Shown here: piece by piece, positions 50,820-59,586 of the stretch | Layout of the letters: each line of letters starts with the position of its first letter | How positions within the stretch are numbered: the first letter of the stretch is position 1 | Source of the DNA: Verrucomicrobiia bacterium | Lineage (GTDB): Bacteria; Verrucomicrobiota; Verrucomicrobiia; Limisphaerales; UBA1319 | Length of the DNA: 64,000 bases | NCBI GenBank assembly: GCA_963664225.1 | Contig: OY760937.1 | Span: forward strand, 4,064,001 to 4,128,000 | Direction: 5' to 3' | Translations under genes and position numbers: made by a program | Notes under the pieces: model-generated | Seen by the model: the letters and a program-made list of their open reading frames with translations, nothing else | Databases searched by the model: none | Told to the model about the DNA's origin: nothing

Positions 50820-51833
50820 ATGAAAACGAATCTCTTCAAACTGTGGGGCGTGATCTCTTTGCTCGCCGCCTTGAATTTACATGTGCAAGCGGCTCCCGGC
50901 GTTGTGTATGAAGGCAAGGCAGGCCCGGGCCTGGGCAAGCACATCGTCTTCCTGGCAGGTGACGAGGAATACCGGTCCGAGGAGGGCCTGCCCCAGATGG
51001 CCCAAATTCTGGCCAAACGCCACGGTTTCAAATGCACTGTTCTTTTCTCCATCGACCCCACCAACGGGACCATTGCGCCCACGGCTCAAAGGAACATTCC
51101 CGGACTGGAGATTCTGCCCACGGCGGACATGGTGGTGATGCTGCTGCGCTTTCGCGAGTTGCCCGATGATCGCATGAAGTATTTCGTGGATTACCTCAAT
51201 TCCGGGAAACCCATTCTGGCTCTGCGCACTTCCACGCATGCCTTTGCCTACGAGGCCAATAAACAGAGTCCCTACGCGAAGTTCGATTACCGCAGCAAGG
51301 AATGGCCCGGCGGTTTTGGACAGCAGGTGCTCGGGGAAACGTGGGTCGATCACCATGGTTCGCATGCCAAGGAAAGCACCCGGGGCATTCTCGCCGAGGC
51401 CTTCAAAACCCATCCCATTCTCAAGGGCGTCGATGACATCTGGGGTCCCACGGATGTCTATACGGTGACGCATCTGCCCAAGACCGCGCAGGTACTTGTT
51501 TATGGCCAGGTGCTTGCAGGGATGAAGCCGACCGACAAACCGGTGTCCGGCCCCAAGAACGATCCCATGATGCCGGTTGTCTGGATGCGCGAGTATCGGG
51601 GGGATTCGGGTAAAACCGCTCAGATCATCACCACCACCATGGGCGCCGCCAACGATCTCGAAAGCGCGGGTCTGCGCCGATTGCTGGTCAACGCCTGTTA
51701 CTGGGCCACCGGTTTGTCGAACCAGATTCCAGCCAGCGCGAATGTCGATCTTGTTGGGGAGTATCACCCGACCAATTTCGGATTCGACAAAGGCATCAAA
51801 GGCGTCAAGCCCGAGGATCTGGCCTGGAAATAA
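50820..51833 (+). CDS. ThuA-like (class I glutamine amidotransferase-like) secreted protein
   Basis: Signal peptide; AGDEEYRSEE, LRTSTHAF, TTMG, LLVNACYWA. Confidence 0.85.
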   Translation: MKTNLFKLWGVISLLAALNLHVQAAPGVVYEGKAGPGLGKHIVFLAGDEEYRSEEGLPQMAQILAKRHGFKCTVLFSIDPTNGTIAPTAQRNIPGLEILPTADMVVMLLRFRELPDDRMKYFVDYLNSGKPILALRTSTHAFAYEANKQSPYAKFDYRSKEWPGGFGQQVLGETWVDHHGSHAKESTRGILAEAFKTHPILKGVDDIWGPTDVYTVTHLPKTAQVLVYGQVLAGMKPTDKPVSGPKNDPMMPVVWMREYRGDSGKTAQIITTTMGAANDLESAGLRRLLVNACYWATGLSNQIPASANVDLVGEYHPTNFGFDKGIKGVKPEDLAWK

Positions 51834-51866
51834 AGGAAACGAGATTAGCGTTCCGGTCCCGGTTTG

Positions 51867-51980
51867 GGTTGACCGCTGGGGTGGTTTTCGGTTGACCGCA
51901 GGGGGTGAGACTGGGTTGACCGCACCGGTTGACCGTTGGGTTGATTTTGGGTTGATCGCTGGTCAACCGGGTTGATTGCT
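51867..51980 (+). repeat. Array of GGTTGA(CCG) motifs (7 direct, 1 inverted)
   Basis: Copies at 51867, 51890, 51914, 51927, 51939, 51950, 51970; TCAACC at 51963. Confidence 0.8.
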
Positions 51981-52005
51981 GGAAACTTTGGCGGAGAGCG
52001 GAAAC

Positions 52006-52206
52006 CAGAGGTCTGAGATCAGCGGTCAGAGGTCAGTGGAAGAAAGCGGAGGCCGAAATTAACAGGAATGGGCAGGATGGGGGGGATTAACCACAAAGAA
52101 CACATAGATCCCAAAGAACCGCCAATGAACGGGAAAAAAAACCACAGGGGCACAGAGGCACGGAGAAGGAAAATTCACATGGATGGGCAGGATTAACAGG
52201 ATGGGG
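52006..52206 (+). repeat. Mosaic of 7-, 8- and 9-bp imperfect tandem repeats
   Basis: (CAGAGGT)-like x5; CACAAAGAA-like x3; CACAGAGG-like x3; CAGGAT 9-mer x3. Confidence 0.7.
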
Positions 52207-52258
52207 ACCGGACTGCTGGGAGGTTCTGAGAAAAAGAGGTCGTGAGGAAGTTCAAATG

Positions 52259-52353
52259 TTTGAATGAAGAAACCTGAGCCGCCGCTGACTCGCGGGACGC
52301 GTGGATTGCAACCGGAGCGCGATGGCCGGGTCCGCCGCAGCGCATGGTTCTGC
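52259..52353 (-). other. Degenerate attC site 7 (distal end of the array)
   Basis: GCAGAAC just after the metallophosphoesterase stop; imperfect palindrome; R' decayed to ATTCAAA. Confidence 0.6.
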
Positions 52354-52361
52354 ATTGCTGG

Positions 52362-53201
52362 TCATGCTCGATCCAAGTGAAACAAGGTGATCTCAGGCCG
52401 CGCGTTGAACCGCACGCGCAACAGGTGCCCAACACCGCGATTAATGTACATCCTGCGTCCTCCAGAAAGCGTGAACTCTCCTGAGGTGTACCGCTTGTTT
52501 CGAACCGGCAACAGTGGAGGCGGGAGAAATGGAGGCTTGCACTGACCCCCGTGGGTGTGCCCGGCCAGAATCCATCCTCCGTATTCCCCCCAACCCGGTT
52601 TATCGACTGTGTCAGGATTGTGGCTCAACACGAGGGAGGCTTGTTGCGGATCGAGGGTTGCCAGCGTTCGTTCCGGGTCGAAGCGACGCGCCCACAAATC
52701 ATCCATTCCGGCAACCTGTAGGCCTTCGACGGCGGCAATCTCATTCCGCAGCACTCTCACCCCGGCGGACAGCGCCAATGCCGCAATCGCGTCCGCGACC
52801 TCAGGATGTGCCCATCCGGGGCCATAGTCGTGGTTCCCCAGGATGCCCAAGGTGGCCAGGTTACCCAACGGCAACTGGGCAAAAACGCGACCGGCATGTG
52901 CGAGGATGTTGCTGTCATAGCTGGTCAAATCGCCGGTATAAACCACGATCTCGGGGGCGAGGTCCCTGACCCGCTTAAAGATCTGCATGAGATAGGCATC
53001 CTCAACGCGTGGGCCGATGTGAAGGTCGCTCAACTGCACCAAACGTGCATCTTTCAGCCGGTCCGGAAGGTGCGCCACCGGGAGTCGGTGTTCGACGACC
53101 TCCACCCAGTGAGGCTCCCAGCGCCAGGTGTACACGCCCACGCCCAGCCCGAGACCGGATGCGACTGCCGTGGCTCGCAGGAATTGACGACGGGTGATCA
53201 T
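52362..53201 (-). CDS. Metallophosphoesterase (YkuE-like), gene cassette
   Basis: SDLH, TGD, GNHD, SHNP, GHTHGGQ motifs; TRRQFL N-terminus. Confidence 0.92.
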   Translation of the reverse strand: MITRRQFLRATAVASGLGLGVGVYTWRWEPHWVEVVEHRLPVAHLPDRLKDARLVQLSDLHIGPRVEDAYLMQIFKRVRDLAPEIVVYTGDLTSYDSNILAHAGRVFAQLPLGNLATLGILGNHDYGPGWAHPEVADAIAALALSAGVRVLRNEIAAVEGLQVAGMDDLWARRFDPERTLATLDPQQASLVLSHNPDTVDKPGWGEYGGWILAGHTHGGQCKPPFLPPPLLPVRNKRYTSGEFTLSGGRRMYINRGVGHLLRVRFNARPEITLFHLDRA

Positions 53202-53227
53202 GCAGACAGGGGCTTTGTGGGCATCAT

Positions 53228-53336
53228 GCGGAACGGAGAAAGGGGAGCCACGCGGAAACCATGGCGTGGTAAAGCTGAAAACTCAGGCGCGGAACGGCCA
53301 GCGTCAATGAAGGCTGGCTTCCGCGATTTATCAGGT
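53228..53336 (-). other. Degenerate attC site 6
   Basis: Ends in GTTCCGC before the phosphoesterase gene; R'' decayed (ACCTGAT); internal GGAAGCC/GGCTCCC arms. Confidence 0.55.
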
Positions 53337-53384
53337 GGTGTCATTTTGGTATCCATTGATATTCAATGCCTGATGCTTCGATTA

Positions 53385-53452
53385 TCCAGCGATGCCCGAA
53401 TTGTGACCGGCCTGAACGGCTGGCTCCCGTACACTCCACGCTCTGGTTCAGC
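53385..53452 (-). other. Truncated attC site 5
   Basis: GCTGAAC 10 nt after the stop; left arm only (GGGAGCCAGCCG); right arm missing. Confidence 0.55.
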
Positions 53453-53462
53453 ATTTTGGGGG

Positions 53463-54050
53463 TTATCGTTGAAAGGGTTGGGTAACTGCCACAGCCAACT
53501 CATGAGGCACGGCGGGATGAGCATTGCAAATGTCGTCGGCTGTGACGTGGGGCAGCGACGGCTGATGCTGGCGAATGGTGCGGATAATGCCGGAGTCTAG
53601 AGCCAAGAGCTGTTCAGTGAGACAACACGCGGAACGATAGCTCTCAACGTCAGCGTACCAGTCTGAATAGAGATGCTCACGCATGTAGCGAATCGAGAAA
53701 TGTGTGGCCAAGCCTTCGTCCAAGACTATGGTTCTCTGTTCGCCAGACGGTGACAGAAGGTGGACGGCCTCGTGCGCCATCTGAAAACACGCACGCTCCA
53801 TGTCGGTCGCGCATGCTGGACTAATCTGAACGACAACGTGGCCGCAATTTCCTGGATACCAAATCTGTGGAATGTTCCCGCCGAACTCAACACCCAAAAG
53901 TGTGTAGTTCCGGACACATGGGCCGTAGAGTTCCTGAGCAATGCCGAGGATGTGACCGAGACGAGAAGCAAGAGTCCACGTCCAGCCAGTGCCACTGGGG
54001 AGGGGTCTAGCATACAAAAGGTCGGTCTCAAATTGGACGTTTGCGATCAC
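53463..54050 (-). CDS. HExxH zinc metallopeptidase-like cassette protein
   Basis: MAHEAVHLL followed by LDEGLATHF; GTG start inferred just inside the cassette boundary. Confidence 0.75.
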   Translation of the reverse strand: MIANVQFETDLLYARPLPSGTGWTWTLASRLGHILGIAQELYGPCVRNYTLLGVEFGGNIPQIWYPGNCGHVVVQISPACATDMERACFQMAHEAVHLLSPSGEQRTIVLDEGLATHFSIRYMREHLYSDWYADVESYRSACCLTEQLLALDSGIIRTIRQHQPSLPHVTADDICNAHPAVPHELAVAVTQPFQR

Positions 54051-54064
54051 GGGTTCAAATAAAT

Positions 54065-54190
54065 CCCGAAAGGAAAAAGTTGAGCCACAGGCATCGTGAG
54101 CCAGCACAACCAATAAAAGAAAACATAATGAAAAAGCAAAACTCGAAACAGCAAGGCGCAATGCCCGTTGGCTCCCGCGTCTTGTTAGGC
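54065..54190 (-). other. attC site 4 (R' mutated)
   Basis: GCCTAAC ... GAGCCA..GGGCAT / ATGCCT..TGGCTC arms ... TTTCGGG. Confidence 0.7.
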
Positions 54191-54265
54191 CACAGGGTCA
54201 TCGCCGCACCATCCAAACAAGAATAGAACCGGGCGGCGCGTGAGGACTCCAAGGCGCTGGAATCT

Positions 54266-54550
54266 CTACCCACAAGTAAGCTCCTTGTTGAGGTTTCGAA
54301 TGGCGTCATTCCAGCTAAACGTCCTAAAAAAGGGAAGCCAATTCGGCGGCGCAATAAAGCGATGACCGCTACCCTCCCTCCAAATCGGAACAACCGTGCC
54401 GGCAAGACCGGCGGAACTGGCGCAAGCCTGTAACCTGGATATGCTGTCATGCTGGTCACTCTCGGACTTGTATCCGAACGATGAATCGAGCGGGATGACT
54501 ATGAGGTCAATACCCTGCTCCCTGATGTGTGCGATTTTGTATTGCGACAT
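54266..54550 (-). CDS. Small hypothetical cassette protein (94 aa)
   Basis: Fills the space between two attC sites; MSQYKIAHIREQGIDLIVIP. Confidence 0.8.
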   Translation of the reverse strand: MSQYKIAHIREQGIDLIVIPLDSSFGYKSESDQHDSISRLQACASSAGLAGTVVPIWREGSGHRFIAPPNWLPFFRTFSWNDAIRNLNKELTCG

Positions 54551-54571
54551 AAAATATAAATGCGCTTTGTG

Positions 54572-54670
54572 GCCTAGCGCCGGAACTCACACGCGCTGGG
54601 CCAATGATGTGAACCGCGAAATCGGTACTGAGTGCGCCATCCGGCGCTGGCTGTAGTGATCCCGTTCGGC
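54572..54670 (-). other. attC site 3 (GTT mutated to GCT)
   Basis: GCCGAAC ... GCTAGGC; 99-bp imperfect palindrome. Confidence 0.75.
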
Positions 54671-54688
54671 TGCAAATTCGTCATACTC

Positions 54689-54856
54689 TCACTTCTCGCT
54701 CTCGCGCATCTTGCGCACAGCCTGCTCAGCGGCAGCGGCAAGACGCTCATGTGCACTCATCGCTCGCCAGCCAACAACCATCCAGAAGATCGCTGAAAAT
54801 ATCGCGGCGAGAATCGCAAACATTGCGAGCGCGCCACCTGATGCGTTTATGTTCAT
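54689..54856 (-). CDS. Small single-TM cassette protein (55 aa)
   Basis: MNINASGG...IFWMVVGWRAMSAHERLA, between attC2 and attC3. Confidence 0.75.
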   Translation of the reverse strand: MNINASGGALAMFAILAAIFSAIFWMVVGWRAMSAHERLAAAAEQAVRKMRESEK

Positions 54857-54886
54857 AATGTAAAAATGGACTCGATGTGACTTGCG

Positions 54887-55012
54887 GCCGAACGACCGAG
54901 CTCGCGCACCACCAGGTGAGCGCCGACAACGAAAATGAAGGGAGCAGCCGAAAAACCAGAAGCGACAAAACTGAGGCGTCCACGGTTGATGCGTGCAACG
55001 ACCTGGTTGGGC
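54887..55012 (-). other. attC site 2
   Basis: GCCCAAC ... GTTCGGC; 126 bp. Confidence 0.82.
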
Positions 55013-55025
55013 CACATAGCTCGTT

Positions 55026-55328
55026 TCATTGGTGCATCAAAATCGTCATAGCGATATATCCCAAAAGGAACTGAAGTGCAAAAATGGCGATAGCAATCAA
55101 TGCCAGCTTACTCTGACGAACCCCAAAAAGAATTAGCGAGATAACCGTGCAAATAATCGTGACAGGCAAAGTGCAGACCACCACCGCAAATGCCGAAATG
55201 CTCGGATGATGACCTGTGAATATCTGGCAAAGCGCGATGGCCATCGTCACAAAACTGATGCTGGCGCAAACAAACGCGACCAAATTCGCACTTGCCGCGA
55301 ACGACTGACTCTTGGAACTCGATGTCAT
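55026..55328 (-). CDS. Three-TM membrane cassette protein (100 aa)
   Basis: Hydrophobic, lower-GC ORF between attC1 and attC2. Confidence 0.75.
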   Translation of the reverse strand: MTSSSKSQSFAASANLVAFVCASISFVTMAIALCQIFTGHHPSISAFAVVVCTLPVTIICTVISLILFGVRQSKLALIAIAIFALQFLLGYIAMTILMHQ

Positions 55329-55348
55329 ACGTTTTGTGGTGTCATGTG

Positions 55349-55441
55349 GCCGAACGACCCGGCTCAGGCAGGCAGGGCCAATGGTGTTCAATTGCCATCC
55401 GAGATGCGAACCCGGCCTTGCCTGCAGTCGGCTGGTTCGGC
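55349..55441 (-). other. attC site 1
   Basis: GCCGAAC-CAGCCG..CAGGCAAGG / CCTGCCTG..CCGGGTC-GTTCGGC; 93 bp. Confidence 0.85.
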
Positions 55442-55460
55442 CACATTGTGACGGCCGATT

Positions 55461-55646
55461 TCATGTGTAGTTGATGTTGCCAAAACCAAGGAATGAGCGG
55501 CAGTGAGGACACAAGAGAAACTGCTTCCGTTCAATGAACCCGATTCCCTTGGATTTTACCCAGATGAACTTCAGTTCTTTCTTGCAGTGGGGGCAGATAG
55601 GCCAGACGTCATCTGGCGCTTCCTGAATATCGAGCTTCTTAGGCAT
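55461..55646 (-). CDS. Zinc-ribbon cassette protein (2x CPHC, 61 aa), first cassette
   Basis: AAAGGAG RBS directly after the GTTCGGC core; two CxxC pairs. Confidence 0.8.
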   Translation of the reverse strand: MPKKLDIQEAPDDVWPICPHCKKELKFIWVKSKGIGFIERKQFLLCPHCRSFLGFGNINYT

Positions 55647-55660
55647 ACATTGTCTCCTTT

Positions 55661-55680
55661 GCCGAACTTTGGTTATACGA
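55661..55680 (-). other. attI-like site heading the cassette array
   Basis: GTATAACCAAAGTTCGGC; core not preceded by a long attC palindrome; resembles the attI1 core TAAAACAAAGTT. Confidence 0.6.
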
Positions 55681-56016
55681 CGGTCGGTTCATTGATCCCA
55701 GCCGAAGAATCTGTCGTCCTTTTATTCGCAAGCTATTCATTAGCAATTGCTCGTTTCCTTGATATAGGACCTCCGGTTCGTTTATTGCAAGTCGGATCAC
55801 GTCATTGGCACGCATTTCTCCGTGCATAATTGCAGGGTGTGCTTCGATGGGAAAGCCGTCAAGCGGTTAGTGGAAGAATAATGATCAGGGGAGGCGGCAT
55901 TCAAGCGCTTTCCGTCAAAAGTTTAAAGATGCAGGGAAAATGTATTCGCAAGAAAGAAAGGCGGTGACATTCAGGACGACGATTTTCAGAATCCGGGGTT
56001 GTGAGTATTGCATCTG

Positions 56017-56224
56017 ATTCAACTCCTTCGGAGTAGGTTTGGTGTGTTGGGGGCGATTACCCCGGGTAGGCCTCGGCGGGCAACCCGGGGCTGAATGATT
56101 GCAACCCGTTCCGGGTTGCCGGGAGGATGGGGAAGAACAGCGATGAAAAAAGAATTAACATGGATGTGCAGGATGAACAGGATGGGGGGGGAAGAGGAAT
56201 GGATAATGGACAATGGAAAATTAG
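56017..56224 (+). repeat. REP-like palindromes plus 9-bp and 7-bp tandem motifs
   Basis: ACTCC-TTC-GGAGT; CCCCGGGT..ACCCGGGG; GCAACCCG..CGGGTTGC; CAGGATG nonamers; AATGGAY heptamers. Confidence 0.65.
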
Positions 56225-56231
56225 GGTCCCG

Positions 56232-57723
56232 GGTCCCGTCCTAAAATAGGTTGTCCCTAATGAGACAACAAAACAGTGTTCGAAGGGTGGGGATACGGTA
56301 CAGTGAGTCGTTTAAAATGGCTGTGGTTCGGGAGCTGGAAGAGGGCGAAATGTCCTTTGAGGCGATGCGGCGAAAGTACGGCATAAAGGGCACGGGCACC
56401 GTCCAAAAGTGGGCTCGCAAGTACGGCAGGGGCGATTTAGGAAAGGTCATACGCGTGGAAACACCTAAAGAATTCAATGAACGGGATCAAATGAAGAAGC
56501 GAATCAAGGCTTTGGAGAAAGCGTTGGCCGATGCGCACATCGATCTGGCGATCGAGCGTGCCACCATCCAAGTGGCCTGCGAACGGGCGGGGATTAAGGA
56601 TGTGGCGGAGTTCAAAAAAAAAGTGGCTGGGAAATAGCCCATTGTGCGGTCAGGGGAGGTTCGGCGGATCAGGAGGTGCCGGTCAAAGGGGTGTGTCGCC
56701 GACTGGGGATGAGCCGCCAGAACTTCTATGCGGGGCGCACGCGGCGGATGCGCAAGAAAGTGGAGGGCGACCTTGTGGCGGATTTAGTGCGTCAGGAGCG
56801 CAGGAAGCATCCGCGGATCGGGGCGCGAAAGCTCCACAGGACGATCAAGCCAGCCCTGGAAAAGGCCGGAGTAAAAATGGGGCGGGACCGCCTGTTTGAA
56901 GAGTTGCGAGAGCGGGATTTGCTGGTGCCGCCGCTGCCCCGGCAATGGCCCCAGACAACCCATTACAATCCCAGTTTGCCGGTGTTTCACAATGAGATCA
57001 AGGAACGGGAGGTGAAGCGGGCCAATGAGGTTTGGGTGGCGGATATGACCTATGTGCGGACCGACGAGGGTTTTTTATATGTGTCGCTGATCACGGATAA
57101 GTATTCGCGCAAGATCGTGGGTTTCCATGCCGATGAGACGCTGGAAACCAGGGGGACGCTTGAGGCGTTGGAGATGGCGCTGGCGGCACTGCCCAGGGGA
57201 TTCAATCCGATCCATCATTCGGATCGTGGCTGTCAGTATGCCAGTCATGAGTATGTGGATCGGTTGAAGTTGGGCGGCCTGTCCATCAGCATGACGGAGG
57301 AGGATCATTGCGCGGAGAATGCGATGGCCGAACGGGTCAACGGCATCCTAAAGCAGGAGTATGGCATAGGGTATGGATTTAAGACCAAGGCGCTGGCGCG
57401 CAAAGTAATCAGTCAGGCTGTCAATCTCTACAATACGCGCCGATTGCATACGGCATTGAATTACCAGGTGCCCGAGGCCGTTCACATCCGGGGAACCGTC
57501 GAGTATAACTAAGAAGCCATACCGGCCTGAGAGGGGAGGGTCCGCGCCACAGTGCCCCTTCGGGTCCACTACGGCATTGGCACTTCGTGCCAAAGCCTCC
57601 GTTCCCCCGAAGGGGCACTGCTCTCCTCCTGAAGGTGTGGGACAGTAGGAAGATTCCCTCCGACCGGAAACCGAAAGAAATAAGACTCAGGAAAAAGTGA
57701 CAAATTTAAACCAGGACTTGACC
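56232..57723 (+). mobile_element. IS3-family insertion sequence, copy 1 (full length, 1492 bp)
   Basis: Imperfect TIRs GGTCCCGTCCTAAAATAGGTTGTCCC / GTGACAAATTTAAACCAGGACTTGACC; orfA plus orfB. Confidence 0.92.
56260..57512 (+). CDS. IS3 transposase OrfAB (orfA 56260-56637; -1 frameshift at A9G 56614-56623; DDE orfB)
   Basis: HTH orfA; WVADMTY, HHSDRGCQY, ENAMAERVNGILKQE; the -1 frame is open from the slippery site. Confidence 0.92.
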
Positions 57724-59201
57724 ATAGGTTGTCCCTAATGAGACAACAAAACAGTGTTCGAAGGGTGGGGATACGGTACAGTGAGTCGTTTAAAATGGCT
57801 GTGGTTCGGGAGCTGGAAGAGGGCGAAATGTCCTTTGAGGCGATGCGGCGAAAGTACGGCATAAAGGGCACGGGCACCGTCCAAAAGTGGGCTCGCAAGT
57901 ACGGCAGGGGCGATTTAGGAAAGGTCATACGCGTGGAAACACCTAAAGAATTCAATGAACGGGATCAAATGAAGAAGCGAATCAAGGCTTTGGAGAAAGC
58001 GTTGGCCGATGCGCACATCGATCTGGCGATCGAGCGTGCCACCATCCAAGTGGCCTGCGAACGGGCGGGGATTAAGGATGTGGCGGAGTTCAAAAAAAAA
58101 GTGGCTGGGAAATAGCCCATTGTGCGGTCAGGGGAGGTTCGGCGGATCAGGAGGTGCCGGTCAAAGGGGTGTGTCGCCGACTGGGGATGAGCCGCCAGAA
58201 CTTCTATGCGGGGCGCACGCGGCGGATGCGCAAGAAAGTGGAGGGCGACCTTGTGGCGGATTTAGTGCGTCAGGAGCGCAGGAAGCATCCGCGGATCGGG
58301 GCGCGAAAGCTCCACAGGACGATCAAGCCAGCCCTGGAAAAGGCCGGAGTAAAAATGGGGCGGGACCGCCTGTTTGAAGAGTTGCGAGAGCGGGATTTGC
58401 TGGTGCCGCCGCTGCCCCGGCAATGGCCCCAGACAACCCATTACAATCCCAGTTTGCCGGTGTTTCACAATGAGATCAAGGAACGGGAGGTGAAGCGGGC
58501 CAATGAGGTTTGGGTGGCGGATATGACCTATGTGCGGACCGACGAGGGTTTTTTATATGTGTCGCTGATCACGGATAAGTATTCGCGCAAGATCGTGGGT
58601 TTCCATGCCGATGAGACGCTGGAAACCAGGGGGACGCTTGAGGCGTTGGAGATGGCGCTGGCGGCACTGCCCAGGGGATTCAATCCGATCCATCATTCGG
58701 ATCGTGGCTGTCAGTATGCCAGTCATGAGTATGTGGATCGGTTGAAGTTGGGCGGCCTGTCCATCAGCATGACGGAGGAGGATCATTGCGCGGAGAATGC
58801 GATGGCCGAACGGGTCAACGGCATCCTAAAGCAGGAGTATGGCATAGGGTATGGATTTAAGACCAAGGCGCTGGCGCGCAAAGTAATCAGTCAGGCTGTC
58901 AATCTCTACAATACGCGCCGATTGCATACGGCATTGAATTACCAGGTGCCCGAGGCCGTTCACATCCGGGGAAGCGTCGAGTATAACTAAGAAGCCATAC
59001 CGGCCTGAGAGGGGAGGGTCCGCGCCACAGTGCCCCTTCGGGTCCACTACGGCATTGGCACTTCGTGCCAAAGCCTCCGTTCCCCCGAAGGGGCACTGCT
59101 CTCCTCTTGAAGGTGTGGGACAGTAGGAAGATTCCCTCCGACCGGAAACCGAAAGAAATAAGACTCAGGAAAAAGTGACAAATTTAAACCAGGACTTGAC
59201 C
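57724..59201 (+). mobile_element. IS3-family insertion sequence, copy 2 (lacks the outer 14 bp of IRL)
   Basis: Direct repeat of 56246-57723 at offset 1478, with at least 2 substitutions. Confidence 0.92.
57738..58990 (+). CDS. IS3 transposase OrfAB, copy 2
   Basis: Identical to copy 1 except T>S near the C-terminus. Confidence 0.92.
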
Positions 59202-59586
59202 GGAAGGTAGATAAACATGCCGCTCCGCTGGAGCTTGGATTTCGTTGTTTGTTGGATATCTATAAACATGCCACTCCTACGGAGTTTCTGATTGCGGTCC
59301 GCCGGGCGGGGACGCCCGGAACATCTGCAGACGAGGACGCCCGCGATGCAAGGGGATGCCGCGAGAAAGGGTCCGACCATAGGATGGTGCGGTTATGGGT
59401 TCAGATGGACGATGAAAAGGGTGGGTGAATGCGGTCTTGAATGGACAATGGAGAATTGACAATTGACCGGCGGTTTGGAAGGTAGATAAACATGCCGCTC
59501 CGCTGGAGCTTGGGTTTTGTCGTTGTTCGATTTCTATAAACATGCCACTCCTACGGAGTTTCTGATTGCGGTCCGCCGGGCGGGGG
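59202..59586 (+). repeat. Two ~110-bp direct repeats (59202-59311, 59477-59586), each a REP-like doublet
   Basis: GGAAGGTAGATAAACATGCC-GCTCCGCTGGAGC ... TATAAACATGCC-ACTCCTACGGAGT-TTCTGATTGCGGTCCGCCGGGCGGGG. Confidence 0.9.

Noticed and set aside
51860..52210. CRISPR array
   Set aside because: The repeats are 6-10 bp with irregular short spacing, and there are no cas genes.
54051..54161. Signal-peptide-like N-terminus of the 232-aa ORF in the track
   Set aside because: It is a translation of the T-rich loop of attC site 4; the cassette gene should start after the core site.
55639..55827. 62-aa ORF over the attI-like site as an integrase remnant
   Set aside because: It has no tyrosine recombinase motifs; at most a leader ORF.
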